Notes: a model not told the origin generated them from the letters alone. A DNA stretch of 64,000 nucleotides from Candidatus Falkowbacteria bacterium (GCA_018674305.1 JABHAL010000004.1:64446-128445); one strand, 5' to 3'. Positions 1-10,216 are shown, numbered from the stretch's first letter. Made by a program: numbers and translations.

Positions 1-1
1 T

Positions 2-355
2 TTGCTTTACGCTGACAACATCACTGGTTCAATTAAACGTGCAGTAAAAGAAACCAAACGTCGCCGAAACAAACAATTATCCTACAACAAAAAACATGGT
101 ATCACCCCCAAGACAATTCAAAAAGCTATTCAAAATATACTTGAAGAATTCGGACTTACAGTGAAGAAAAAAACCAAGAAAGAAAAAAAACAATTACAGG
201 AAACTCTGGCTATTGACTTGCAAGGAGACGATCGACCAATTAAACAAATCATTAAAGATAAAGAAACGCAAATGAAAGAAGCTGCTCAAAAACTGGAATT
301 TGAATTGGCCGCTGTACTTCGCGACGAAATTCGACTATTGAAAATGAAAATATAA
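2..355 (+). CDS. uvrB: Excinuclease ABC subunit B, C-terminal fragment (runs off window start)
   Basis: YAD.IT.S...A..ET.RRR.KQ..YN..HGITPKTI motif and terminal UVR domain (MKEAAQKLEFELAAVLRDEI). Confidence 0.95.
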   Translation: MLYADNITGSIKRAVKETKRRRNKQLSYNKKHGITPKTIQKAIQNILEEFGLTVKKKTKKEKKQLQETLAIDLQGDDRPIKQIIKDKETQMKEAAQKLEFELAAVLRDEIRLLKMKI

Positions 356-401
356 AAAAAGCGCCCAAGTCCTTAACTTGAGCGCATGTGAGAAATTTCC
401 C

Positions 402-569
402 TTAAGTGTACCCCGAGGGATACGGCGATGTGGCGACTTCTCTGATCCACCGATCAACCATCTTCCCGCCTTTGTATACGGGATGCTCGATCCTACCTGC
501 CTTTGGCAAGCGTAATCGAAAGAATTGGCCAACCAATAAACCGAGAAGAAGAAAAAGAAATCTAATCAA
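402..569 (-). CDS. Small 55-aa membrane-anchored hypothetical protein (not in ORF track)
   Basis: TTG start after GGAGGAGAGA; translates MIRFLFLLLGLLVGQFFRLRLPKAGRIEHPVYKGGKMVDRWIREVATSPYPSGYT; own TTGACA-N17-TATAAT promoter (minus strand, ~607-635) and hairpin + U-tract at 354-385. Confidence 0.65.
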   Translation of the reverse strand: MIRFLFLLLGLLVGQFFRLRLPKAGRIEHPVYKGGKMVDRWIREVATSPYPSGYT

Positions 570-686
570 TCTCTCCTCCACTGTTATATATTATATACAA
601 CTGAAAATTATAGCATAAAGAAAAATAGTTGTCAACCGTCACAAGTGCTAATAATGTAATTTTAGCAACAAAACGACTAAAATGTT

Positions 687-715
687 TTGACAAAAAGGAA
701 CAGCTCTTCTATACT
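687..715 (+). promoter_or_regulatory. Sigma70 promoter for rlmN-uvrA-uvrC
   Basis: TTGACA(687-692)-N17-TATACT(710-715); predicted start ~722. Confidence 0.75.
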
Positions 716-721
716 AATAAC

Positions 722-881
722 GGGTCTGTTACCGAATGCAAGTTCGTAACGAAATTTTCAAATATTATGATAGAATCTTCAAAAATTTTTGAGGTAATAT
801 GGTAATATTAGCGAGAAGATTTTTGGAGATTATAGCCAAAATTTGAAAATTGCAGTAGAAGCTGCATTCGGTAACAGACCC
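722..881 (+). repeat. 160-nt long hairpin element (structured leader RNA or MITE-like), copy 1
   Basis: Perfect 19-bp terminal inverted repeat GGGTCTGTTACCGAATGCA / TGCATTCGGTAACAGACCC, with internal stems. Confidence 0.8.
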
Positions 882-937
882 ATAACAATAAATTTAACCT
901 ACCCCCCTGCCAAAGCAGAATAGGGGGCTTTTAGCTT

Positions 938-1930
938 ATGCTCTATCAATTACCTGAAAACCTAAATCATTTACCTAATTTCAGAAAAAAACAAATTCAT
1001 CATGCAATTTGGGGTGATTATATTTCTGAATGGTCAGACGCTACTACCCTACCCAAGGACCTTTTGAAGGAACTGGAACAAAGTTTACCTATAAACATTG
1101 CCGGTGAAAATTTTCATTCCACTGATCAACAAACTTGCAAAACAGTTATTGAACTTGAAGACGAAAAAAAGATTGAAACCGTACTGATGCAACACAAGGA
1201 CGATCGTAATACAATCTGCCTATCCACTCAAGTCGGTTGCGTAATGAACTGTTCATACTGCGCCACGGGCCAAATGGGATTTTCAAGAAATCTAACAGCG
1301 GACGAAATCATCATGCAAATTTTGTTTTGGGCAAGATACTTAAAAAAATCAAAAAGAAAAATCACCAATGTTGTTTTTATGGGGATGGGTGAACCATTCT
1401 TAAACTATGACAATGTAATGAAATCTATTTCAATAATCAACAGCCCCGACTTTTTCAATATCGGAGCACGTAGAATTTCTATTTCAACCTGCGGTATTAC
1501 TGAAGGAATTAAAAAATTAGCTAATCAGCCACTGCAGATAAACCTGGCCATCTCGTTGCATGCGCCTAACGACAAAGTTCGCAATCAAATAATGACTATT
1601 AACAAAAAGTATTCTGTTAACAAAATCATGGTAGCCGTCGATCAATATGTTACTAAGACTAACCGAAAAGTAATGTTTGAATATTTATTATTAAAAGATG
1701 TTAATGATAAACCAGAACATGCTCGAGAACTTGCCACACTTCTTGATAACCACTTATACATGGTTAACCTGGTAAAATACAATCCAAGTAATAGCGCATT
1801 CTCGCCAACTCCAATTAATAAATTCCAAAAATTTAAATCTATTTTGCAAGTGGCAGGCATTAATGTAACTGAACGTCACAGCTTTGGACAAGATATTAAT
1901 GCAGCGTGCGGTCAACTAGCTAATAAGTAA
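938..1930 (+). CDS. rlmN: 23S rRNA A2503 / tRNA C2-methyltransferase RlmN (radical SAM)
   Basis: CxxxCxxC (CVMNCSYC), MGMGEP, INAACGQL motifs. Confidence 0.93.
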   Translation: MLYQLPENLNHLPNFRKKQIHHAIWGDYISEWSDATTLPKDLLKELEQSLPINIAGENFHSTDQQTCKTVIELEDEKKIETVLMQHKDDRNTICLSTQVGCVMNCSYCATGQMGFSRNLTADEIIMQILFWARYLKKSKRKITNVVFMGMGEPFLNYDNVMKSISIINSPDFFNIGARRISISTCGITEGIKKLANQPLQINLAISLHAPNDKVRNQIMTINKKYSVNKIMVAVDQYVTKTNRKVMFEYLLLKDVNDKPEHARELATLLDNHLYMVNLVKYNPSNSAFSPTPINKFQKFKSILQVAGINVTERHSFGQDINAACGQLANK

Positions 1931-1952
1931 GTACAATCAGAAATCAATTCAC

Positions 1953-4544
1953 ATGGAAACCAAAATCACAATCAAGGGTGCACGTGAACATAATCTGAGA
2001 AATGTTAACTTGGAAATTCCTCGTAACAAAATGATTGTATTCACCGGTATTTCTGGTTCGGGAAAATCCAGCCTGGCTTTTGATACGATTTTCGCTGAAG
2101 GCCAACGCCGATATCTGGAAAGTTTATCTTCTTACGCGCGCCAATTTCTAGGTGGTATGAATAAACCGGACGTAAACGAAATATCAGGGCTATCTCCAGC
2201 TATTTCTATAGATCAAAAAGCTCATAGTTCCAATCCTCGCTCAACCGTGGCAACAATCACGGAAGTTTATGATTATTTAAGAATTCTATATGCAAAAATC
2301 GGACAACCCTATTGTCCTTTGTGTCAGACGCCACTAGAAAAAGTCACTACTGATGAAATTAACGACCACTTGATTGAACGACTTAAAAATACTAAAGAAG
2401 AAAAGAACAAAACAACAACTTTATCGATACTTTCACCAATTGTTCGCGGTCGCAAAGGAGAATATCACCAATTACTTTATGATATTTATAACAACGGTTT
2501 TGTTGAGGCTCGTATTGACGGAAAATTTAAATCGCTTAAGAATAGAGTTGTATTAACCAAAAATAAAAAGCATACTATTGAAATTGTAATCGATAAAATC
2601 ACCCTTATTAATCCAGACACGATTGAACAAAGTCCTTCTGTTTTGCAAAGGATTGCTGAAGCAGTGGAAAATGCAGCTGAACTATCCGATGGTCTTTGTA
2701 CCGTTATTTATCCAAACAGTGAAGAAAAAATATTCAGCACAGACTATTCTTGTCCGCATGATGGTTATAGTTTTCCAGAAATCGAGCCCCGTCTTTTTAG
2801 TTTTAATAGTCCTTATGGATATTGTAACTATTGTACAGGCCTTGGCACAAAAGAATTATTCAGCGAAGAAGTGTGTCCTAAGTGCGAGGGCAAGCGTCTA
2901 AACGAAAATGCCCTAAGCGTAAAAATCAACAAAAAAAACATTTGCCAAACAACCGACCTCAATATACGAGAAGCATTGGAATTTATTATCTTACTAGAAA
3001 AAAAACTCACCGCTAAACAACTCGAAATTGCAGGAGTTATTATCGGAGAGGTGAGAACCCGTTTACAGTTTATGCTTGATGTCGGCTTGCACTATTTAAC
3101 TTTAAACCGGCGTGGCGGAACACTTTCTGGTGGTGAAGCGCAACGCATTCGCCTAGCATCTCAGGTCAGCACCAAACTGGTTGGAGCACTTTATATCTTA
3201 GATGAACCAACTATTGGTTTACATCAAAAAGATAACGATCAACTAATTTCAACACTGAGAAATCTGTGCGATACTGGCAATACTATTATAATTGTTGAAC
3301 ATGATGAAAACACAATCTTGACCAGTGACTGGCTGGTTGATATTGGTCCAGCTGCTGGAGTGCACGGCGGTAAAATTGTCTACAACGGCCCCTTAAATAA
3401 TATTCTTGATTCAAAACAGGCTTTACCGAAAATAGCACTCGATTGTCAAACTCAAGGTTCCGCAAAAGATTCTTTAACAGGTCAATATTTAAGAAACGAA
3501 AAATCAATTTCACTACCAGAGCGCCGGCGAAAAGTTGATAAAAAAACTCCCGTCATAAAAATTACTGGGGCCAAAGAACATAATCTAAAAAACATCAAGG
3601 TAGAAATTCCCCTTCGCCGTTTAATTTGTTTGACCGGTGTATCCGGATCAGGTAAGTCAACCTTAATGCACGACACTTTGTATCGTGCTATTCAAAACAA
3701 GAAATTCCGCATGAATAAATGGGTTGGTAAACACAAATCTGTAACAGGAATCGAGAGTATTGATAAAGTTATCAAAATCAACCAAGCACCAATCGGCCGT
3801 ACCCCTAGATCAAACCCTGCAACTTACACCAAAGCGTTTGATTATATTCGTGATATTTTTGCTTCAACTCAAGAAGCTCGTATTCGCGGTTATAACGTTG
3901 GTCGCTTCAGTTTTAATAAGCCCGGCGGACGTTGCGAAAACTGTGAAGGTCGTGGTCACTTGCAAATAGAAATGCATTTTCTACCCAGCGTAGAAGTTAT
4001 TTGTGATATATGTAAAGGCAAACGTTACAACAAAGAAACTTTGCAAGTTCATTACAAAGGAAAAAACATTTCCGATGTTCTGAGTATGACGATTGAAGAA
4101 TCAAAAGTTTTTTTCCGTGACGTACCTTTTATTTACGACAAACTAAAGGTTCTTAGTGAAGTTGGTCTTGACTACCTAACACTTGGCCAGTCAGCCACCA
4201 CCCTCTCGGGTGGTGAAGCCCAACGGATTAAACTAAGTCGAGAATTAGCAAAAAGAAATACAACCAATACTTTATATTTAATGGACGAGCCTACCGTTGG
4301 ACTGCATTATGATGATGTCAAAAAACTTCTTGATGTCATTCAACGATTAGTTTCACAAGGAAACACAGCCATGATAATTGAACATAATCTCGACATCATC
4401 AAATGCGCTGACTGGCTGATTGACCTTGGACCTGAAGGTGGTGATGGTGGTGGCGAAGTTGTAAAAGTTGGCACCCCAGAGGAAGTTGCTAGATATGGAC
4501 CAAGCTGGACCGGACAATACTTAAAACGAATATTAAAATCTTGA
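1953..4544 (+). CDS. uvrA: Excinuclease ABC subunit A
   Basis: Two ABC ATPase modules ([25 protein letters not shown]) and zinc fingers. Confidence 0.98.
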   Translation: METKITIKGAREHNLRNVNLEIPRNKMIVFTGISGSGKSSLAFDTIFAEGQRRYLESLSSYARQFLGGMNKPDVNEISGLSPAISIDQKAHSSNPRSTVATITEVYDYLRILYAKIGQPYCPLCQTPLEKVTTDEINDHLIERLKNTKEEKNKTTTLSILSPIVRGRKGEYHQLLYDIYNNGFVEARIDGKFKSLKNRVVLTKNKKHTIEIVIDKITLINPDTIEQSPSVLQRIAEAVENAAELSDGLCTVIYPNSEEKIFSTDYSCPHDGYSFPEIEPRLFSFNSPYGYCNYCTGLGTKELFSEEVCPKCEGKRLNENALSVKINKKNICQTTDLNIREALEFIILLEKKLTAKQLEIAGVIIGEVRTRLQFMLDVGLHYLTLNRRGGTLSGGEAQRIRLASQVSTKLVGALYILDEPTIGLHQKDNDQLISTLRNLCDTGNTIIIVEHDENTILTSDWLVDIGPAAGVHGGKIVYNGPLNNILDSKQALPKIALDCQTQGSAKDSLTGQYLRNEKSISLPERRRKVDKKTPVIKITGAKEHNLKNIKVEIPLRRLICLTGVSGSGKSTLMHDTLYRAIQNKKFRMNKWVGKHKSVTGIESIDKVIKINQAPIGRTPRSNPATYTKAFDYIRDIFASTQEARIRGYNVGRFSFNKPGGRCENCEGRGHLQIEMHFLPSVEVICDICKGKRYNKETLQVHYKGKNISDVLSMTIEESKVFFRDVPFIYDKLKVLSEVGLDYLTLGQSATTLSGGEAQRIKLSRELAKRNTTNTLYLMDEPTVGLHYDDVKKLLDVIQRLVSQGNTAMIIEHNLDIIKCADWLIDLGPEGGDGGGEVVKVGTPEEVARYGPSWTGQYLKRILKS

Positions 4545-4547
4545 AAC

Positions 4548-5798
4548 ATGCCCAACTTAAAACAAAAACTCACCAAAGCACCAACCAAACCTGGTATATA
4601 CCTTTTTTATAATAAACAAAGGGCTCTTATTTATGTTGGCAAAGCCACAAACCTAAAATCACGGATTCGCAGTTACTTTACTGGACAAAAATCACCTAGA
4701 CCAATTGAAACTTTTATTCACGAAGTTTCCAACATTAAGTGGGTCGTAACAGACTCAGTTTTGGAAGCCATTATTTTCGAAGCCAATTACATAAAAAAAC
4801 ATCAACCGAAATACAACGTCCTTGGCAAAGATGACAAGAGCTGGAATTATTTATATTTAACTAAAGATTATTTTCCCATTTTAAAATCTATTCGTGCTCA
4901 TGAAATTACTAATTACCAAAAATTATGGGGTCCTTTTCCAGGTTTAAATACCAAGGAAGCACTCAAACTTTTGCGTAAGCTTTTTAACTATTCTGATTGT
5001 AAACCAAATCAAGACAAACCTTGCTTTTATAATCAAATCGAACAATGTCTTGGGGTTTGCACTGGTGAAATTACTGCTCAGAAATACAAACAAAAAGTTA
5101 TCCGCCCACTAATGGCCTTTCTTTCTGGCAAAAAAGATCAAGTAATAAAAGATCTCAAAAAAAACATGAAAGTTGCGAGTAAAGAAGAAGAATATGAAGA
5201 AGCAGCTCGCCTACGCGACCAAATCAATAACTTGAAAAAAATTCAAGATGTTGCCCTGCTTAGTGATTCTTTATTCAAAACTACCCGAATTTCTAATTTC
5301 AAGTTTCGAATTTCTAGAATCGAAGGTTATGATATCTCTAACCTTGGCTCAACTGGCAAAGTTGGAAGTTTAGTTACCTTTCTCCACGGAGCACCAAGTA
5401 AAAAAGATTACAAAAAATTCAAAATAAAAACTGTTAAGGGCCAAAGTGATGTTGATTGTCTGGCTGAAGTTTTGAATCGAAGATTGAAGCACTCCGACTG
5501 GCCTCTGCCAGACTTAATTCTTGTCGACGGCGGTAAGCCACAAATATCTACAGCAATTAAGATACTTCAAAAAAGCAAAAAAGAAGAAAAGCAAGAAAGA
5601 AAAAAAATTAACACACAAAAACAAATCCCAATCGTAGGAATTGCCAAAGGAAAAGATCGTAAAAAAAATCAGTTTTTCATTTCTGACAAATCAATTGAAT
5701 CCTGGATCAAAGAAAACAAAAAACTTTTAATTCAAGTTCGCGATGAAGCACATCGCTTTGCGATTAAATATCAAAGGCAACTTAGGAAAATAAAGTAA
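4548..5798 (+). CDS. uvrC: Excinuclease ABC subunit C (short form, no C-terminal HhH)
   Basis: GIY-YIG N-terminus (PGIY..YVGKA), UVR domain, RNase H-like domain (IEGYDIS, LVDGGKPQ, RDEAHRFA). Confidence 0.93.
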   Translation: MPNLKQKLTKAPTKPGIYLFYNKQRALIYVGKATNLKSRIRSYFTGQKSPRPIETFIHEVSNIKWVVTDSVLEAIIFEANYIKKHQPKYNVLGKDDKSWNYLYLTKDYFPILKSIRAHEITNYQKLWGPFPGLNTKEALKLLRKLFNYSDCKPNQDKPCFYNQIEQCLGVCTGEITAQKYKQKVIRPLMAFLSGKKDQVIKDLKKNMKVASKEEEYEEAARLRDQINNLKKIQDVALLSDSLFKTTRISNFKFRISRIEGYDISNLGSTGKVGSLVTFLHGAPSKKDYKKFKIKTVKGQSDVDCLAEVLNRRLKHSDWPLPDLILVDGGKPQISTAIKILQKSKKEEKQERKKINTQKQIPIVGIAKGKDRKKNQFFISDKSIESWIKENKKLLIQVRDEAHRFAIKYQRQLRKIK

Positions 5799-5835
5799 AA
5801 AAAGAAACGCGACATGGTCGCGTTTTTCGTTTGTC

Positions 5836-6096
5836 TTAATGTTCTTCTTCGTTCAGCAACTGGTATTTAATAACCACCGTGATTGCAAAAACCACATTCA
5901 CATTTGTAGTGTGGCTACTACCAGCACCAGCTCCGGCGCCTACTGTTCGCCACTCAATATCATCGTTGTCATAGAAAATTTTACCTTCATTTTCACTGAG
6001 CCACGCCTCCAATTCTTGATTAAGTTGGCTTACTGCTGAACTATGAGAAACCGCTTCATCAGTACAACTAAAAATCTTTACTCGATACCTTTCCAT
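5836..6096 (-). CDS. Hypothetical protein
   Basis: GGAGGT SD, upstream TTGACA promoter, convergent terminator 5805-5825. Confidence 0.7.
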   Translation of the reverse strand: MERYRVKIFSCTDEAVSHSSAVSQLNQELEAWLSENEGKIFYDNDDIEWRTVGAGAGAGSSHTTNVNVVFAITVVIKYQLLNEEEH

Positions 6097-6218
6097 ATAT
6101 CACCTCCGAGTTATTAAACCTAAAACCTACGCGATATGTTATATTACTAAAATTATCTTAATTTGTCAACCCCAATCAAAAAACCGAGCTATCCAGCTCG
6201 GTCTTTTCAATATCTCGT

Positions 6219-6926
6219 TTATATAACTCTACTATAGATTTTCAACTTTTTAGTGGTTGCTTTGTAAAGTTGAGCTGGCCGACCAACTTCACTGGTCACC
6301 TTATCTAATGGCTCAACCATAGCCAGAGACAAAATCTTTTTACGGAAATTCCGCTTGTCAATTTTATCTTTGTAAACCGCTTCATAAGCTTTTTGCAATT
6401 CGGTTAGAGTAAATTCTGATTGCATCATGGTAGCGGCTACATTAGTATATTCAAATTTCCATTTCAAGCGTTGCCATGCATACAAAAGAATTTCTTCATG
6501 CGATTTTCCAAAAGAAAGTTCCGGCAAATCAGTTATTGGAAACCAACGCGCCTCACGTGCATCATCAGAAGCACTAAGTTTAATTTTCTCCGGCTCACTT
6601 ACTAGCACCATGTACGCTACCGCAATTACTCTTGTTCGTGGATCACGTTTAACTTCACCAAAAGTATAAAGCTGTTCCAAGTAATTTGATTTTGATAAAC
6701 CAGTTTCTTCATTTAACTCACGCAAAGCAGCTTCTTCCAAACTTTCATCTTCCCGCACAAAACCACCCGGGATTGCCCATTTACCAACGCCTGGACCAAA
6801 ACGACGTTTAACCAAAAGTACATTTAACTTATTTTTTATTAATGAAAAAACCACAATATCAGCGGCAACTAAAAGTTTCCAGCCTTCTGTGGCTTTTTTG
6901 AAATCAAAAGCTTTTTTATTAGTCAT
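6219..6926 (-). CDS. nrtR: NrtR-family regulator (Nudix domain + winged HTH)
   Basis: Nudix box GGFVREDESLEEAALRELNEETG, LEQLYTFG..RDPR, C-terminal FTLTELQ..YE...DKRNFRKKI..GRPAQLY; start moved to MTNKK. Confidence 0.88.
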   Translation of the reverse strand: MTNKKAFDFKKATEGWKLLVAADIVVFSLIKNKLNVLLVKRRFGPGVGKWAIPGGFVREDESLEEAALRELNEETGLSKSNYLEQLYTFGEVKRDPRTRVIAVAYMVLVSEPEKIKLSASDDAREARWFPITDLPELSFGKSHEEILLYAWQRLKWKFEYTNVAATMMQSEFTLTELQKAYEAVYKDKIDKRNFRKKILSLAMVEPLDKVTSEVGRPAQLYKATTKKLKIYSRVI

Positions 6927-7031
6927 AGATTTACGGATTACGGATTTATACGGATATACGGAGACACAAGACTCTCTAGTTTTAAACCTCATGTAAATCT
7001 GTACATCCATATCAATCTGTAATCCTTACAC

Positions 7032-7063
7032 AGTATAGCACATTAGTGTCAATTAAACAAAAA
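7032..7063 (-). promoter_or_regulatory. nrtR promoter with overlapping putative NrtR operator
   Basis: TTGTTT-N17-TATACT with extended -10 TG; AT-rich site ttagtGTcaattaaACaaaaa (7043-7063) fits the GT-N7-AC NrtR core. Confidence 0.55.
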
Positions 7064-7103
7064 AGAGTAGTGATACGAGGATCACTACTCTCTTTTTTGA
7101 ATC

Positions 7104-7811
7104 TCACTTGCGAGCAACTTGCTCAGGCTTTTCCCAGTCCCAGATGAAGTGGCGACCCATCTCCGAATAAATTAGGAAATGAGCTTGGTAATGCGCGGCT
7201 CCGTACAGATCCTTGTTGCCTGCCAGATACTTTTCATGCAGACATTTCATGTAACCTTTAGCAGCACAACTTCTGTACTTACCATTGTACTTGACCAGAG
7301 CCCAACGCCAGTTCTTCTTCGCTCCATACTTCTTGAGAACCTCTACCGCACACCAAGCGTTGATCACCGGGTCACGTAGAGCTTCTACTCGAGTGATGCC
7401 ACAGATTGCCTCAGCCGTTCCCGGCATGATTTGGAACAATCCTTGAGCACCTTTGAAGCTTTCTTCATCTGGATCAGCTCCGCTCTCCACAAACATCAGG
7501 AAAACGAATCGACCCAGACCGGCCTCATTAAAAATGGTAATGATTTCATCCCTAGCATTCTTGGGAATCTTCAGCCAGTTTCTCAAAAGACCATTTACAT
7601 TGGAATAGCCCAACTTGCCAATCACGTCCTTCACCAATACATGAGGATAAATTACATCATCCCAATCATACTGGCGATACACCTTTGCTCGCAGAACTTT
7701 TACCTGTTTGTTAGAAACGATCTCCATTTTAGTTTCGGCTGCAGCTTGACCCAGGTCAGTCAGACTACAAACAATCAAGATTGCCATTGCGAAAAGGGCT
7801 GTTTTCTTCAT
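7104..7811 (-). CDS. Secreted lytic transglycosylase (SLT domain)
   Basis: Signal peptide MKKTALFAM...; motifs VES, GAQGLFQIMP.TA, DP..N, ALVKYNG; GGAGG SD. Confidence 0.85.
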   Translation of the reverse strand: MKKTALFAMAILIVCSLTDLGQAAAETKMEIVSNKQVKVLRAKVYRQYDWDDVIYPHVLVKDVIGKLGYSNVNGLLRNWLKIPKNARDEIITIFNEAGLGRFVFLMFVESGADPDEESFKGAQGLFQIMPGTAEAICGITRVEALRDPVINAWCAVEVLKKYGAKKNWRWALVKYNGKYRSCAAKGYMKCLHEKYLAGNKDLYGAAHYQAHFLIYSEMGRHFIWDWEKPEQVARK

Positions 7812-8003
7812 GATTTCCTCCAAAGAAGTTTAGCCTCCTCGCCTTGCGGTAAACGTAGTATAGCACGAATATTAGATAATGTCAATGGCGAATTGCACTA
7901 AATTAACCAATTTTAGCTAAAATTACTATTGACAATTTTCACTATATTTGCTACAATGCTCAGTTATCGGATATTTACAATATTAAACATACTGGAGGCG
8001 TAT

Positions 8004-8519
8004 ATGTCTATTAAACTTTGGCCAACCGGACTTGAAGATGTTGAGAAAATAATGACCTGGGTAAATGACCCAGAAGTCACCGCCTACTTTGCCACTATGG
8101 GAAACATTACCAAAGAGCAGGAAATTGCTTATTTGAGTACAATGTTGGCTAGTAAAAACGATCGCTTGTTCAGCATTTTTGTAGACGACGATTATGCTGG
8201 GCAATGCTCAATCAATCAGATTCACTGGCCTTCTCAAACTGGTAGAATCTTCTTGGTCTTAACCAAAAAATTCCAAGGTCGCGGACTAGCTGCCAAAGTG
8301 ATTGCGGAGCTCCTCCGGGTTGCCTTTGAGGATTTAAAGCTAAACAAAATTTGGCTGATCGTCAGGGAACACAACGAGCGTGGCCGGTACCTTTACAAAC
8401 GGTGCGGTTTTGAGACAGAGGGTCTTTTGCGAGAAGAGTACAAAGTCAACGACAACTTTGTAAACATGGTCCGTATGTCAATCTTGGCCAAAGAGTACCA
8501 CCTATGGTACAAAGACTAA
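8004..8519 (+). CDS. GNAT acetyltransferase (RimJ/RimL/SpeG-like)
   Basis: FQGRGLA acetyl-CoA motif, AFEDLKLNKIWL, N.RG..LY..CGF..EG; GGAGG SD. Confidence 0.88.
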   Translation: MSIKLWPTGLEDVEKIMTWVNDPEVTAYFATMGNITKEQEIAYLSTMLASKNDRLFSIFVDDDYAGQCSINQIHWPSQTGRIFLVLTKKFQGRGLAAKVIAELLRVAFEDLKLNKIWLIVREHNERGRYLYKRCGFETEGLLREEYKVNDNFVNMVRMSILAKEYHLWYKD

Positions 8520-8620
8520 TAATCACAGCCGCTTTGAATATAATTCAAGGCGGTTTTTGTTTTCCTGAAAGTATGCTAAAATAGTTAAAACAAAACTAAT
8601 CTTGAAATTAAAATTTTCTT

Positions 8621-9652
8621 ATGCAATACCTACAATTAATAATCATAATCGTCGGTTTCGCCGTCATAACTTATTTCATTGTAAGGCCTAAAGAGCCTGA
8701 GGAAAAAAAAGATGATCAATCCATGATCATGATGCAGAATCAACTCAAAGAAATCCGCCAGTCTCTATCCAGTCAACAAACTGAAATCCAAAAAACAATG
8801 CAAGGTCAATTTTCCGAAAGCGCAAAAGTTATTAGAAATGTGACCGAGAGATTAACAAAGTTGGATGACACGAATAAACAGGTTATTGGATTTACAGAAC
8901 AGCTACAAAGTCTCGAAAAGATTTTAACTAATTCAAAGACACGTGGTGCACTTGGCGAAGCTAATTTGGAATTGATTTTAAATAATATTCTTCCACCTCA
9001 AGCGTTTCAGATGCAATATCGATTCCGAAACAATGAATCGGTAGACGCAATTGTGAGGATAAAAGACAAAATATTACCGATCGATGCAAAATTCTCATTA
9101 ACCAACTACCAGCGCATAGTCGACGAAGATAACCCAGAAAGAAAATTAGTGCTAGAAAAAGAATTTAAAAATGACCTAAAGAAAAGAATTGACGAAACCT
9201 CAAAATATATTCGCCCAGAAGAAAACACCCTTGAATTTGCGTTCATGTTTATCCCCGCTGAAGGGATTTATTACGATTTACTGGTTAATGAAGTTGGCGC
9301 CGTAAAAGTGAATACACGCAGCTTGATTGACTATGCCTTTAATGAAAAAAGGGTCATAATAGTTTCCCCAACAACCTTTGCTGCATACTTACAAACTGTA
9401 CTTCAGGGATTACGAGCTCTACAAATTGAAGAATCTGCCAAGGAAATACGGCAGAATGTAGAAAAGCTTCAAAAACATCTTGCAGCCTACGAAGATTATC
9501 ATCGAAAAGTCGGATCTCACTTAGGAACAGTAATCAATGCCTGGAACTATGGAGACAAGGAATTAAAAAAGATTGATAAAGATGTTTTGAAAATAACCGG
9601 CACGCCAAGTAACTTCGAGCCCACCCCATTAGATCGCCCAAAAACTGATTAA
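8621..9652 (+). CDS. rmuC: DNA recombination protein RmuC
   Basis: N-terminal TM helix, coiled coil, RG.LGE, IDAKF, FAFMFIPAEG, VSPTT motifs. Confidence 0.92.
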   Translation: MQYLQLIIIIVGFAVITYFIVRPKEPEEKKDDQSMIMMQNQLKEIRQSLSSQQTEIQKTMQGQFSESAKVIRNVTERLTKLDDTNKQVIGFTEQLQSLEKILTNSKTRGALGEANLELILNNILPPQAFQMQYRFRNNESVDAIVRIKDKILPIDAKFSLTNYQRIVDEDNPERKLVLEKEFKNDLKKRIDETSKYIRPEENTLEFAFMFIPAEGIYYDLLVNEVGAVKVNTRSLIDYAFNEKRVIIVSPTTFAAYLQTVLQGLRALQIEESAKEIRQNVEKLQKHLAAYEDYHRKVGSHLGTVINAWNYGDKELKKIDKDVLKITGTPSNFEPTPLDRPKTD

Positions 9653-9706
9653 TACTTCCGCAAAATAAAAAAGCCGTCCCTGATGTTACTTGGGACGGTT
9701 TTGTGT

Positions 9707-10216
9707 TTATGACAAACCAGATTCATGCAATAAGTTCTGATGCTCATCCTTGGCCTTTTGTTCACGAAGTTCAATTTGTTGTTTCTCGGTTCTTATCTTT
9801 CTCAGTTCCTCTTGAGAATGACGTAGTTTACCCATTCCACCACTAGATATAAATGATCCAACCAGCCCAAACCATTCTATCATTTCATCAAAAGCAATTA
9901 TTAATTTTTCCTTAGTTGGATCTTTTCCAAGATAGATATTCTTTCTCTTCAAATCAAGTAATGGAATTTGAACAGTAATTTCTTGGTCCAATTTTTTAAT
10001 TAGATCAGAAATACCAATCAAATCAACACCTGCTTCAGTAAAAGATGCAAATACCCCATGAACGCAATCAACGCAAATATATGCGCCAAGCTGTCCAAGT
10101 GGAACCTTCGTTACCTGATTATTACCGCTACAAAAGCCACATCGACCTTTTTCTCCTAGCGCATCGTTCATTTTAGGCCTCGAACAGTTAAGCAGATCAA
10201 TTTCTGCTTTTAACAC
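9707..10216 (-). CDS. Hypothetical protein with ClpX-type C4 zinc finger (start uncertain)
   Basis: CGFC-x18-ICVDCV followed by helical/coiled-coil region. Confidence 0.6.
   Translation of the reverse strand: MLKAEIDLLNCSRPKMNDALGEKGRCGFCSGNNQVTKVPLGQLGAYICVDCVHGVFASFTEAGVDLIGISDLIKKLDQEITVQIPLLDLKRKNIYLGKDPTKEKLIIAFDEMIEWFGLVGSFISSGGMGKLRHSQEELRKIRTEKQQIELREQKAKDEHQNLLHESGLS

Noticed and set aside
1953-4544. Alternative genetic code (TGA=Gly)
   Set aside because: uvrA ends at TGA directly before uvrC, and long genes are uninterrupted in code 11
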